This document shows, piece after piece, positions 9,074 to 18,868 of a DNA stretch of 64,000 nt. Each line of letters starts with the position of its first letter. Positions within the stretch are counted from its first letter, which is position 1. Source of the stretch: Patescibacteria group bacterium (GTDB lineage Bacteria; Patescibacteriota; Patescibacteriia; Patescibacteriales; JAQVLT01); assembly GCA_028704015.1 (NCBI GenBank), contig JAQVLT010000005.1, positions 10,820 to 74,819 on the forward strand, written 5' to 3'. The notes beneath the pieces are model-generated. The model had not been told where the DNA came from. It did not search any database and saw only the letters and a program-made list of their open reading frames with translations. The translations under genes were made by a program, and so were the position numbers.

Positions 9074-10383
9074 TACTGGTGCCAAATTTTTAACACATCT
9101 CGCAAAGTGACAACCAAAACTAAAACCATCAACAAAATAAAACCAATATTATGAATCACCGCCTCTACTTCCCGCCTTACTGGTTTGCCCTTGAATTTTT
9201 CAATGATTAAAAAGAAAACTCGGCCGCCATCCAATGCCGGAAAAGGAAGAAAATTTATTACTGCTAAATTCACCGAAAGCAAAGCGGTAATTTGCAACAA
9301 ATAGACCCAGCCCATTCTCGCCGCCTCGCCGGTAATCGTAGCAATGCCAACCGGCCCTGATAGATTGGCGCTTACGCCATGACCTAAAATAATATCTTTT
9401 ATCAAATTATAAAAAGCAACAATTATCGCCCAGAGAAGAAAAACTGTTGTTTTCGTCCCCTCCCAAATCGCCAAATGCCACGGGTACTTAACAATGCCGG
9501 TAGCAGCAATCGCGATACCAACACCCATGCGGCCATCTTCTAATTTTAGTTCCGGTTTAATTTTTAATTCTTTTTCTTCGCTTCCACGCTTAATTTTATA
9601 AGTTAACTCTTTGTTTGAATTTTCGTTAACAAAATTTTGGAGGTCACTTTCTTTGGTAAAATTTTTATTATCAATTGCGAGAATTATATCGCCGACTTTG
9701 AGCCCCGATTTTTCGGCTGGAGAATCTTTAATCAATTCAGCTACTTGAATTTTTTGGTTAGTTACTACTGCCTTGTCAGTCACTCCATCCAAAGCTCGCG
9801 GCATGCCGAACATTAAACCAACGGAAATGAGAAAAACCGCCAAAAGGACATTCATAATGACGCCCGCTGACAAAATTAAAGAGCGTTGCCAAACTGGCTT
9901 ATTTATCATGCTGTCTTGGTCGTGATCGCCTTCGCCATTTTCGCCTTTTATTTTCACAAAACCGCCCATCGGTATCCAGTTGGCAGAATACACGGTGCCA
10001 TGTTTTTGTTCTTCAGCGCTGATTTCTTTATTACTCCAAAAAAATTTCCATTTTCTTTCAACAATTATAACGCCAATATTTTTAATTCTATCAAAAATTG
10101 TTTGTCTAGCTACTTTTCCTTCCGCCGTTTGCGTTTCTTCGGTTTTTATTTCCAACTCTTCGGTAGTAATAACATTTTCAACTTTTTTTTCTCGCCAAGT
10201 CTGGAAACCGCCGATGCGCGGTGGAAAGCCGAAACCGAATTCTTCCGCCCGCACGCCAAAAATCCGAGCGACAAAAAAATGTCCCAATTCATGAGCAAAA
10301 ACCAAAACAGACAAAACCAAAAAAAATATTATAATAGTTAGTAACATAACGAAAGTGAAAGTATAAAGTAAAAAGTCTCTCAA
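9073..10383 (-). CDS. rseP: RIP metalloprotease RseP (site-2 protease, M50) with PDZ domain
   Basis: HELGHFFVARIFGV zinc motif, a PDZ-like segment (SPAEKSGLKVGDIILAIDN) and the C-terminal NLAVINFLPFPALDGG motif. Confidence 0.85.
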   Translation of the reverse strand: MRDFLLYTFTFVMLLTIIIFFLVLSVLVFAHELGHFFVARIFGVRAEEFGFGFPPRIGGFQTWREKKVENVITTEELEIKTEETQTAEGKVARQTIFDRIKNIGVIIVERKWKFFWSNKEISAEEQKHGTVYSANWIPMGGFVKIKGENGEGDHDQDSMINKPVWQRSLILSAGVIMNVLLAVFLISVGLMFGMPRALDGVTDKAVVTNQKIQVAELIKDSPAEKSGLKVGDIILAIDNKNFTKESDLQNFVNENSNKELTYKIKRGSEEKELKIKPELKLEDGRMGVGIAIAATGIVKYPWHLAIWEGTKTTVFLLWAIIVAFYNLIKDIILGHGVSANLSGPVGIATITGEAARMGWVYLLQITALLSVNLAVINFLPFPALDGGRVFFLIIEKFKGKPVRREVEAVIHNIGFILLMVLVLVVTLRDVLKIWHQ

Positions 10384-10433
10384 CGGTTTTATTTAAAAAC
10401 CTTTCACCTTTCTACTTTTATCTTTTTTACTTG

Positions 10434-10988
10434 TTAAATTGTCATTATTTCTTCTTCTTTTTTCTTTCTTATTTCTTCTAATTCTTCGTTCACTTTTTTT
10501 ATTTCATCGTCAAGTTCTTTTAAAAATCTGAATTTATCATCTTCTCCGAATTCCTTCTCCTCCTCAGCCGCTTCAATAGCTACCTTCACTTCGTCTCTTA
10601 TTTGCCTCATTGCCACTCTGGCTTTCTCCATTTTTTCATTTAACTTTTTAACCAATTCTTTTCTGTTTTCCTCAGTCATCTGCGGGATAGTAATACGAAT
10701 TCTTATTCCTTCGTTAATAATACCCATCCCCAAATTAGCTTCGGTAATAGAACGTTCAATTTCTTTTAAATTATTTTTATCCCAAGGAGTGATAGTCATA
10801 CTTCTGGCATCGCTCACCGCGATATTTGCCACGCCATTCAAGGGAGTTTTGGAACCGTAAACATCCACCATTATTCCTTCAAACATAACTGGATTAGCAC
10901 GACCTGTGCGTAAAGTTGAAATTTCTTTTTTAAAAAAATCTATAGTTTTTTGAAATTCTCCTGATTTTGCTTGCAAATATTTATTCAT
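10434..10988 (-). CDS. frr: ribosome recycling factor
   Basis: 184 aa with the TGRANPVMFEGIMVDVYGSKTPL...ITPWDK...IRIRITIPQMTEENRKELVK pattern. Confidence 0.95.
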   Translation of the reverse strand: MNKYLQAKSGEFQKTIDFFKKEISTLRTGRANPVMFEGIMVDVYGSKTPLNGVANIAVSDARSMTITPWDKNNLKEIERSITEANLGMGIINEGIRIRITIPQMTEENRKELVKKLNEKMEKARVAMRQIRDEVKVAIEAAEEEKEFGEDDKFRFLKELDDEIKKVNEELEEIRKKKEEEIMTI

Positions 10989-11048
10989 AATCTTTATATT
11001 TTCTCCGCAAGAAGCGGTTCCGCCTCTAGCAAAAAATTATTTAAGTTT

Positions 11049-12119
11049 TTATTTTTTTATTGTTTTAACTGTTAAATATAGTAAATTATTATTTTCCGTA
11101 TCAACAATCAATTTCCAGCCGGCTCGCGTTGTTGGCAGTTTTCTGGTTGTCCAGTTTTCGCCGCCATCAATTGAACGATAAAACGTGGTATTAGTTACAT
11201 AATAAACTTCTTTCACATTCTTCGGGCTTACAGCGATTGCATTAATGACGGCGCCATCCTCCGGAGTTATTAATTCAATTTTTGACCAGGTATCGCCATT
11301 GTTTGTGGATTTCAATAAGCCATAATTAGAGGCTAAATAAATAAATCCTTTCTCGGATTTGGACAAAGACATGTCCCTAAAATTAACACTGCTGTTAAAA
11401 TCTTTTAAAGCTTCCGCCAAACTAACCCAATTAGCACCACTGTCATAGCTTCTAAATATTCCATCGTCAGCGGTCGCGGCAAAAATAATGCGACTATCAT
11501 GCGAGCTAATCACTATCTTTCTTATTTCGTTATCAAGCCGAACAACCGTTTGCCAGCTCACGCCCTTGTCTGAACTTTTTATAATCTCTCCTCGCGAGGT
11601 GCCAATATATACATTTTTGCTATTATAAGGATCAACGGCAATGGAAACAATTTTTACCATTAAATCATTATCATAGTATGATTGAGTCCAACTGCGCGTG
11701 CAATCAGTAGATTTGTAGACCCGATTACCTACTGCGGCATAAATTATACATTTTGCTTCTGGATCAACGGCTATATCTGCTACGGTTACTTGCCCCAAGG
11801 TTTTGGCTAACTGCCACTCGCTCGTCTTATTATAAGTAAAAAATAAGCCATTATCAACACTGCCAAAATAAAAAGCTTTATTGTCGCTTGGATCCATTGC
11901 AAAAGAATAACCGTCTAGCGCCGCAATGCTCTTGGGACTGCCTTGCGATGCCGGAACGGTAATTCTTTGCTGCCAATTGTCTCCTTTGTCGGTAGTCGCC
12001 CAAACGCCGCCATCAGTAGCCCCTCCCCCCTGAGAACCAAACTGAATAGTACAGCCCGATAATGTTAAGCTTAAAGTAAAAAATAAAAATAAAGAAAATA
12101 AAAAATTTTTATTGCGCAT
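11049..12119 (-). CDS. lipoprotein with BNR/Asp-box (Ycf48/sialidase-like beta-propeller) repeats
   Basis: Signal peptide with lipobox LTLSGC. Repeated S-x-D-x-G-x-x-W motifs (TTDKGDNWQ, SSDKGVSWQ, SYDSGANWV, STNNGDTWS, SIDGGENWT). Confidence 0.6.
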   Translation of the reverse strand: MRNKNFLFSLFLFFTLSLTLSGCTIQFGSQGGGATDGGVWATTDKGDNWQQRITVPASQGSPKSIAALDGYSFAMDPSDNKAFYFGSVDNGLFFTYNKTSEWQLAKTLGQVTVADIAVDPEAKCIIYAAVGNRVYKSTDCTRSWTQSYYDNDLMVKIVSIAVDPYNSKNVYIGTSRGEIIKSSDKGVSWQTVVRLDNEIRKIVISSHDSRIIFAATADDGIFRSYDSGANWVSLAEALKDFNSSVNFRDMSLSKSEKGFIYLASNYGLLKSTNNGDTWSKIELITPEDGAVINAIAVSPKNVKEVYYVTNTTFYRSIDGGENWTTRKLPTTRAGWKLIVDTENNNLLYLTVKTIKK

Positions 12120-12146
12120 AGATTTAAAAATTATAAATTAACAAAA

Positions 12147-13208
12147 TTAAATATTAATGGCAATATTCTCCAATACCAATTTCGGGCTAACATTGTTTCT
12201 GATATACCGGGCGGCTATTTCCAGATCTCTGTTAATTTTTAGCAAATTGTCTAATTTGATTTTATTTTTTAATGCCTCAATTCCCGCGCCGGCAAATTCG
12301 TTTTGTATTAAATATTTTTGCTCAAAATGCGATAAAATCATATCTCTATTTATTCCTTGCCAGATTTCAATTATTTTTAAACTTGCTTTTGCTCCTTCTT
12401 GTTTCTGTTCGGCATCTGCCGCTGTGCCCAAACCAACTAGACGTTCGTTAATATTTTGATTGAAAAAATTTAGAAAAACTTTAACCTTAGTTTCGTAGTT
12501 AATATAAAATTCTTTATCTTCTAAAAATTTTACCGCTTTGGCCGGCCGGCCCAAAGCCAAATGAGAAAAAGTCTTTGCGGCTGAACGGGGTGATGCAAAC
12601 TTTTCCACTAAATAATTATAAATCAAATCAGCTTTAACGGTATGAAATTTTAGGATCTGACTGCGCGAAACGATAGTTTCCAACAGGGCATCTGTATTAT
12701 TAGCCACCAATATTATCACCACCCTTTTTTTTGGTTCCTCTAGGGTTTTTAGTAAAGCATTGGCGGCTTCATCGCTTAAACTATCAGCATCTTTAATAAT
12801 GCCCACCTTGTACGAATTTGAAAAAGAGCTCATGCCCAAAACGCTGACAAACTCCCTGACTTGTTCAATGGAAATATTTTTTTTATCTTTTTCTTTCTTG
12901 ATTACGTGAAAATCGCTATGCAATACATTAAATTCATCTTGAGCTAATTTTCCTAGCGACGCGGTTTTCAAAAACTGCCGGCAAGAGTCACAAATTCCGC
13001 AGGGAAAATCACTATTTTTCTTAAAACGAGTCCGACATAACAAAACACGGGAAAAAAAATAGGCAACGGTAGTTTTCCCTAAATCTTCCGGACCGGAAAA
13101 AATATAAGTATGCGCGATTTTGTCTTTTTCCAAACTCTTGCGCAAAAAATCAATAATATGAGAATTGCCGACCAGCGGCCAATTATCTTTTTCTTTTATC
13201 TCTGGCAT
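12147..13208 (-). CDS. holB: DNA polymerase III delta-prime subunit
   Basis: AAA+ clamp-loader layout: HTYIFSGPEDLGKTT, a Cys cluster CGICDSC and an SRSQ-type sensor (TIVSRSQILKF). Confidence 0.8.
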   Translation of the reverse strand: MPEIKEKDNWPLVGNSHIIDFLRKSLEKDKIAHTYIFSGPEDLGKTTVAYFFSRVLLCRTRFKKNSDFPCGICDSCRQFLKTASLGKLAQDEFNVLHSDFHVIKKEKDKKNISIEQVREFVSVLGMSSFSNSYKVGIIKDADSLSDEAANALLKTLEEPKKRVVIILVANNTDALLETIVSRSQILKFHTVKADLIYNYLVEKFASPRSAAKTFSHLALGRPAKAVKFLEDKEFYINYETKVKVFLNFFNQNINERLVGLGTAADAEQKQEGAKASLKIIEIWQGINRDMILSHFEQKYLIQNEFAGAGIEALKNKIKLDNLLKINRDLEIAARYIRNNVSPKLVLENIAINI

Positions 13209-13338
13209 ATTTTAATTATAACATTACGCCGATCCTTTGTCCATTATCGCAAACGCTAATCCAATGCCCTTCTCCATTGATTTTTTAAAGAAATTCTGTT
13301 ATTTTAAATAGCAAGAGATATTTTTCATTATAATTAAT

Positions 13339-14706
13339 ATGGGCGACAAAGCTAAAAAATTTATATTATTAATTGGCGACATTATATTACTCTACGCCTC
13401 TCTTTATTTTGCCTTATTTCTGCGCTATCAAGAAAAACCCGATACGGCAACATGGTCTGGCCATTTAGCCCCATTTTCAGTTATTTTTATCGTTTGGCTA
13501 ATAATTTTCTATATTTTTAATCTTTATAATCTGCATCTTGCTGTTAATAATTCACGATTCTATCAACTCCTGGCAAAATCCATAGGAGTAAACGGCGCCA
13601 TAGCAATCGCTTTTTTCTATTTAGTCCCCGGCATTGCTATTGCTCCCAAAAGAAATCTTTTTATTTTTATTATAATTTTTTCGATTCTCTTTATTTTTTG
13701 GCGAAATTTTTATAATTGGCTCCTTTCTTCGCGCCTGCCGAAAATCAATCTCGCGCTTATCGGCTATAACCAAAACGCCGAGGAATTAATATGCGAACTA
13801 AAACAAAAACCGCATTTGGGATACCGCGTTGCCTTTGTCTTTGATGGAGAAAACAAAACAACGGCTGACAAAATTTTAGGAATCACGCTATTAAAAAATC
13901 CAGAGGAATTAAAAAATTATATTAGCAAAAATAAAATCACGCAAATTATTTTGACTTCTGATCTGCGTGAGTCGCCAGAACTAAGAACTTATCTATTTAA
14001 TTTAATAAATCTAAAAATAAATTTTATAAATTTTCCTAATTTTTACGAAGAAATTACCGGAAAAATTCCAACCAATTCAATTAACCAAATGTGGTTTTTG
14101 GAAAATTTAAACGAAGGCGAAAAAACATTCTTTGATTTTTTTAAACGAATTTTTGATTTTATTTTTGCCTTTATTATTTTAATTATTACTTCGCCCTTCT
14201 GGATAATAATTGCCTTAATAATAAAAATTGAAAGCAAGGGACCGGTATTTATTAAAATGGTACGTTGCGGCCAATACGACCGAAATTTTAAAATGTATAA
14301 ATTCCGCACTATGAAAGAGGAAGGTAATACCCGGACTATAACTATAGAAAACGACCCGCGCATCACTAAATTCGGCTCCGCTATGCGTAAAACCAGAATT
14401 GACGAGATTCCCCAGGTATTAAACATTTTAAAAGGCGAGATGAGTTTCATCGGTCCGAGGCCGGAAAGACCTGAATTAGCCCAGGAACTGGAAAAACAAA
14501 TACCCTTTTATCGTGAAAGAGAATTGGTAAAACCGGGAGTAACCGGCTGGGATCAAATTTCCGGCGAATATCACTCCCCTACAGTAGAAGATACGCTAAA
14601 AAAAATTCAATACGACCTCTTTTATATAAAAAACAGATCTGTTTACCTTGACCTATCAATAATTCTAAAAACAATCGCTACCGTTTTTTCACGAGGCGGC
14701 AGATAA
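13339..14706 (+). CDS. polyprenyl-phosphate sugar phosphotransferase (WbaP/EpsB-like priming enzyme)
   Basis: N-terminal TM helices, and a C-terminal Bac_transf domain (KRIFDFIFAFIILIITSPFW..., MYKFRTM, DEIPQVLNILKGEMSFIGPRPERP). Confidence 0.85.
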   Translation: MGDKAKKFILLIGDIILLYASLYFALFLRYQEKPDTATWSGHLAPFSVIFIVWLIIFYIFNLYNLHLAVNNSRFYQLLAKSIGVNGAIAIAFFYLVPGIAIAPKRNLFIFIIIFSILFIFWRNFYNWLLSSRLPKINLALIGYNQNAEELICELKQKPHLGYRVAFVFDGENKTTADKILGITLLKNPEELKNYISKNKITQIILTSDLRESPELRTYLFNLINLKINFINFPNFYEEITGKIPTNSINQMWFLENLNEGEKTFFDFFKRIFDFIFAFIILIITSPFWIIIALIIKIESKGPVFIKMVRCGQYDRNFKMYKFRTMKEEGNTRTITIENDPRITKFGSAMRKTRIDEIPQVLNILKGEMSFIGPRPERPELAQELEKQIPFYRERELVKPGVTGWDQISGEYHSPTVEDTLKKIQYDLFYIKNRSVYLDLSIILKTIATVFSRGGR

Positions 14707-14714
14707 TTTTAATT

Positions 14715-15683
14715 ATGAAAAAAACAATTCTCATAACCGGCTCCGCGGGTTTTATCGGTTTTTACGCCGCCAAAAAATTACTGGAAAATAATTACCGAGT
14801 CATTGGCGTAGATAATCTGAATAATTATTATGACGTAAATTTAAAAAAGGCGCGTAATAAAATATTGCTTAAAAACAAAAATTATAAATTCTATAGAACC
14901 GACATTAAAAACTATCATGCTCTAGAAAAAATTTTTAAAGAAAATAAAATTGATAAAATCTTGCATCTGGCGGCTCAGGCGGGGGTGCGTTATGGGGTGT
15001 CGCATCCATTTGTTTACGAAGAAAGCAATCTCAAAGGATTTTTAAATATCTTAGAATGCGCTAGGCATAATCGGACAAAAAATTTTGTTTATGCCTCAAG
15101 TTCTTCGGTTTACGGCGGAAATATTATGCCTAAATCCGGCTTTTCGGAAAACGATTCGGTAAATCAACCTGTTTCACTTTATGCCACAACCAAACGCAGC
15201 AATGAACTGATGGCTTATGCATACCATAATCTTTACGGATTAAATTGCACGGGGCTTCGCTTTTTTACTGTTTATGGTCCGTGGGGTCGACCCGATATGG
15301 CATATTTTTCATTTACAAAAAAAATTACCAATAATGATCGGATTGAAATATTTAATTACGGAAAAATGCGACGCGACTTTACTTATGTTGACGATATTGT
15401 TGCCGGAATTATCACTGCGTTAAACCGGTCGTTTGCTTATGAAATAATTAATCTAGGTAATTCCCGCCCCGAAGAATTAAAATATTTTATTGAATTAATT
15501 GAAAAAAATTTGGGTAAGCAAGCAAAGAAAAAATATCTCCCCCTGCAACCGGGAGATGTTTTGGCCACTTATGCCAATATTTCCAAAGCTAAAAAATTGC
15601 TTAACTTTTGCCCAAAAACTAAAATTGAAGAAGGAATAAAAAATTTTGTCCAATGGTATAGAGAATATTATAAAATAGTATGA
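14715..15683 (+). CDS. NAD-dependent SDR epimerase, UDP-glucuronate 4-epimerase-like
   Basis: GSAGFIGF Rossmann motif, ASSSSVYG, YATTK catalytic motif and TGLRFFTVYGPWGRPDMA, typical of UDP-GlcA 4-epimerases. Confidence 0.8.
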   Translation: MKKTILITGSAGFIGFYAAKKLLENNYRVIGVDNLNNYYDVNLKKARNKILLKNKNYKFYRTDIKNYHALEKIFKENKIDKILHLAAQAGVRYGVSHPFVYEESNLKGFLNILECARHNRTKNFVYASSSSVYGGNIMPKSGFSENDSVNQPVSLYATTKRSNELMAYAYHNLYGLNCTGLRFFTVYGPWGRPDMAYFSFTKKITNNDRIEIFNYGKMRRDFTYVDDIVAGIITALNRSFAYEIINLGNSRPEELKYFIELIEKNLGKQAKKKYLPLQPGDVLATYANISKAKKLLNFCPKTKIEEGIKNFVQWYREYYKIV

Positions 15684-16933
15684 TTAATAAAATCAAAAAC
15701 AAAACTTACAACCTTTTGCGCTGGAGTGAAAAATGGATGCAAACAGATATGATATATATAGCAAAAGGCGGCTTTTGGTTAACGCTCGGACAAATAATTT
15801 CTTCTGCCTCCTCATTTCTTCTGGCAATCGCCTTTGCGAATTTGTTGCCCAAAGAAACTTATGGAATATACAAATACATACTTTCCGTAGCCGGCATCCT
15901 TTCCATACCGACTCTGTCAGGAATTAACACCGCTATTATTCAAGCGGTAGCCAGAGGTTATGAAGGAACATTTAATCGCGCTTTAAAAACCAAGATTCTC
16001 TGGGGAATATTGGGCGGCATTGCCAGTTTGTTCCTGGCCGGATATTACTATTATTTAGGAAATTCGGTTCTAACCATATCTTTCTTGATCGCCGCCATCT
16101 TTACGCCATTCATGGATTCCCTGACATTGTATTCCGCTTTTTTGAACGGCAAAAAGGAATTTAAACTTTCAACGCGGTATAATATTATTATCCAAACCGT
16201 ATCTACGCTGACTATTATTGCCGTACTATTCCTGACAAAAAATATATTTTTGTTAATTTTATTCTATTTTATATCATATACTTCTTCACGTTTTATTTCT
16301 CATCTACTAGTAAAGAAAAAATTTGTTTTTAACGACAAAGAAGATCCGCACACGATATCTTATGGCAAGCACTTGAGCCTGGTTTACATATTGGGAGCAA
16401 TTTCATTAAATATAGACAAAATTTTAGTCTTTCATTATTTAGGAGCTGCGGAATTAGCTATTTACACCATCGCTGTCGCTCCACCAGAACAAATAAAAAG
16501 TTTAATTAAAACATTGATCGTCAGTTTAACCTTGCCTAAATTTTCTGAAAAATCAACTGAAGAAATAAAAAAAACTATTTATAATAAAATAGTTAAAGTG
16601 ATAATTGGCGTTCTCTCGGTTACTTTATTTTATTTAGCTGCCGCACCTTTTATTTATAAAATATTTTTCCACGAATATCCGGAATCTGTCCTCTACTCTC
16701 AATTTTATGCTATTTCGCTCCTGGCTGTTATGTTCTATATACCTCTGACAATTCTCCAATCTCAAAAAAAAACAAAAGAACTTTATCAATTCAATGTCAG
16801 CACTTCATTAATTCAGATTGCTCTCGTAGCAATTTTTGTCATACCTTTTGGTTTAAAGGGAGCAATAGTTGCTAACGTTCTCTCTAAATTTGCCAGTCTG
16901 GCAATCTCTTTTATACTTTTGAAGCGTATTTAA
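15680..16933 (+). CDS. oligosaccharide flippase (Wzx / MOP superfamily)
   Basis: 417 aa and polytopic (about 12 hydrophobic segments). Located in a glycan cluster, with a 4-nt overlap to the epimerase gene. Confidence 0.7.
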   Translation: MINKIKNKTYNLLRWSEKWMQTDMIYIAKGGFWLTLGQIISSASSFLLAIAFANLLPKETYGIYKYILSVAGILSIPTLSGINTAIIQAVARGYEGTFNRALKTKILWGILGGIASLFLAGYYYYLGNSVLTISFLIAAIFTPFMDSLTLYSAFLNGKKEFKLSTRYNIIIQTVSTLTIIAVLFLTKNIFLLILFYFISYTSSRFISHLLVKKKFVFNDKEDPHTISYGKHLSLVYILGAISLNIDKILVFHYLGAAELAIYTIAVAPPEQIKSLIKTLIVSLTLPKFSEKSTEEIKKTIYNKIVKVIIGVLSVTLFYLAAAPFIYKIFFHEYPESVLYSQFYAISLLAVMFYIPLTILQSQKKTKELYQFNVSTSLIQIALVAIFVIPFGLKGAIVANVLSKFASLAISFILLKRI

Positions 16934-17586
16934 TTTTTCTTGGCAATAACAAAATAACCGAGCGGAATTCTTTCGTTTAATTTTTTATATCTGGAAAAAA
17001 ATTTTAATAAAATTCTGTCCAATCCGATACTTATTTTCTTGAAAAAATCTCTTAAAATTTGCGGCAAAACACCGCCCATTATTTGAAAAAATAGAGAAAA
17101 AACACCATAACCCAAGGTGGTTATTTCTATTTCTTCAAAACCGCTTTCTTTTAATAATTTTTCCAGCGCGGATTTTGTATAACGAAAATAATCATCTGGT
17201 GAACCATGTATTTGATACAAAAATGGGACGGCAAAAATAAATTGTCCGTCTTTTTTTAATATTCTGCAAGTCTCATTAAAAACATTGTGGAAATTGAAAA
17301 TGTGCTCCAAAACGTTTAATGCTATCACCGCGCTATATTTCTCGTTCTCCATCGGAAATCTTTCTTGAATATCAAAAACCAAATCGCAACCATACTCCGG
17401 ATTAATATTGGCCGTAATAATTTTATTGTCTTCTCTTTTTATAATTTCGTGGTAACCTGATTTCTGACTTCCGCCAATATCCAAAATATCGCCCGCCAAA
17501 TCCAATGCGGAAAGCTTTATATATTCAAGCTCTCTAAGAATGGAATAAATATTCTTTTTTTTAATTATCAGATTGGTGTTCTTCAT
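16930..17586 (-). CDS. class I SAM-dependent methyltransferase
   Basis: Motif I-like ILDIGGSQKSG, and a post-I/II pattern (AVIALNVLEHI, LKKDGQFIFAVP). Confidence 0.7.
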   Translation of the reverse strand: MKNTNLIIKKKNIYSILRELEYIKLSALDLAGDILDIGGSQKSGYHEIIKREDNKIITANINPEYGCDLVFDIQERFPMENEKYSAVIALNVLEHIFNFHNVFNETCRILKKDGQFIFAVPFLYQIHGSPDDYFRYTKSALEKLLKESGFEEIEITTLGYGVFSLFFQIMGGVLPQILRDFFKKISIGLDRILLKFFSRYKKLNERIPLGYFVIAKKN

Positions 17587-18200
17587 TTTTTTATTATCAT
17601 TAAATAAGCGCCTCTAAAGTATGGAATAAATTGAGCCAAAAGCGTAGAAATCAAAAACGAAAATTTATTGCCACCCCAACAACCATAATATATAATTTTT
17701 TCTATTTTTAAGCCAGATACAGAGTCAAATGATTCTAAACTTATTTGACGAAATAATTTTTTTATTGCCATCGGCGGATAAGGTTTAATATGGCCAAAAG
17801 TATTCCAGACAGTTTTAACCATGGGCGTATGCAAAATAATTAAACCACCACTTTTTAAGACTCTCTTCATCTCCAAAAACATCTGATAAGCATCTTGCGG
17901 GTCCAAATGTTCAATAATATTTCTGCAATGCGCTATATCAAAACTTTGATCTTCGTAGGGAATAGCCGTTACACTTCCCAGCTTAATTTGCAAACCTTCG
18001 GCTTGCATCTTCTCAACCAAGGTTTTATTAATATCCAAACCATAAATTAATCTACTATCTTTTCTCAACAAATTTCCTTCGCCGCATCCCATATCAAGAA
18101 CTTTTTTTTCTTTCATTAAACATTCAAAAATTGGGTCTTTTTTAAAAAACCAAAATTTGAACAGACTAAAAATGGAAATTTGATTATTCATATAATTCAA
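17583..18200 (-). CDS. class I SAM-dependent methyltransferase
   Basis: VLDMGCGEGNL motif I, FDIAHCRNIIEHL and LKSGGLIILHTP. Confidence 0.7.
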   Translation of the reverse strand: MNYMNNQISIFSLFKFWFFKKDPIFECLMKEKKVLDMGCGEGNLLRKDSRLIYGLDINKTLVEKMQAEGLQIKLGSVTAIPYEDQSFDIAHCRNIIEHLDPQDAYQMFLEMKRVLKSGGLIILHTPMVKTVWNTFGHIKPYPPMAIKKLFRQISLESFDSVSGLKIEKIIYYGCWGGNKFSFLISTLLAQFIPYFRGAYLMIIKK

Positions 18201-18203
18201 TAT

Positions 18204-18851
18204 TTATAAATCTTTTTTTCTGGCAACAATTACCAAGGTATCAATAAACTTAGAGGTAAACTTGCTAAAAAAATAATAAAATAAATTTAGTATTTTCTTT
18301 TTCCAGCTTTCCTTATAATCAAGACCGAGCGAATACAAATAATAATATTCCGAAACTTCAAAATTATTTTTCTTTAATAATTGTTTGATAGTTTTCAAAT
18401 TAAAATAACAAGTATGATCAGAATTAACAGTCGGCTCATATTTTGAAATTTTTTCCGCCAGATTGAATAAACCAAAACAATTCGGCGTAGTAATAATCAA
18501 TTTTCCGTTATCTTTTAAATTTTTTCTGCATGAATCTAAAAATAACCCCGGATTAGACAGGTGCTCAATCAAGTCACCGGCAAATATTACATCAAACCCA
18601 AAAGAAAAGCCAAAATTTTCCGCATTTTGACGACTGTAATTTTCTTTGTTTGCCAGCTTATTTAAATCGAAATATAGATCAATACCATAAACTTTCCTGG
18701 CCCTTTTTAGAAGCAAGCTATGAACCCAATTTTTTTTGTCTATAGTTAATCCTTGCCCCCAGAATCCAACATCCAAAACAACATCGTCCGGGCCGACAAG
18801 CGTATCAATTAGCTCCTGTTTATTTTGAAATATCTTATCGGAATGCGACAT
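18204..18851 (-). CDS. class I SAM-dependent methyltransferase (divergent motif I)
   Basis: VLDVGFWGQG, FDVIFAGDLIEHL and LKDNGKLIITTPN. Confidence 0.65.
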   Translation of the reverse strand: MSHSDKIFQNKQELIDTLVGPDDVVLDVGFWGQGLTIDKKNWVHSLLLKRARKVYGIDLYFDLNKLANKENYSRQNAENFGFSFGFDVIFAGDLIEHLSNPGLFLDSCRKNLKDNGKLIITTPNCFGLFNLAEKISKYEPTVNSDHTCYFNLKTIKQLLKKNNFEVSEYYYLYSLGLDYKESWKKKILNLFYYFFSKFTSKFIDTLVIVARKKDL

Positions 18852-18868
18852 ATTTTTGTAAAAAATTA

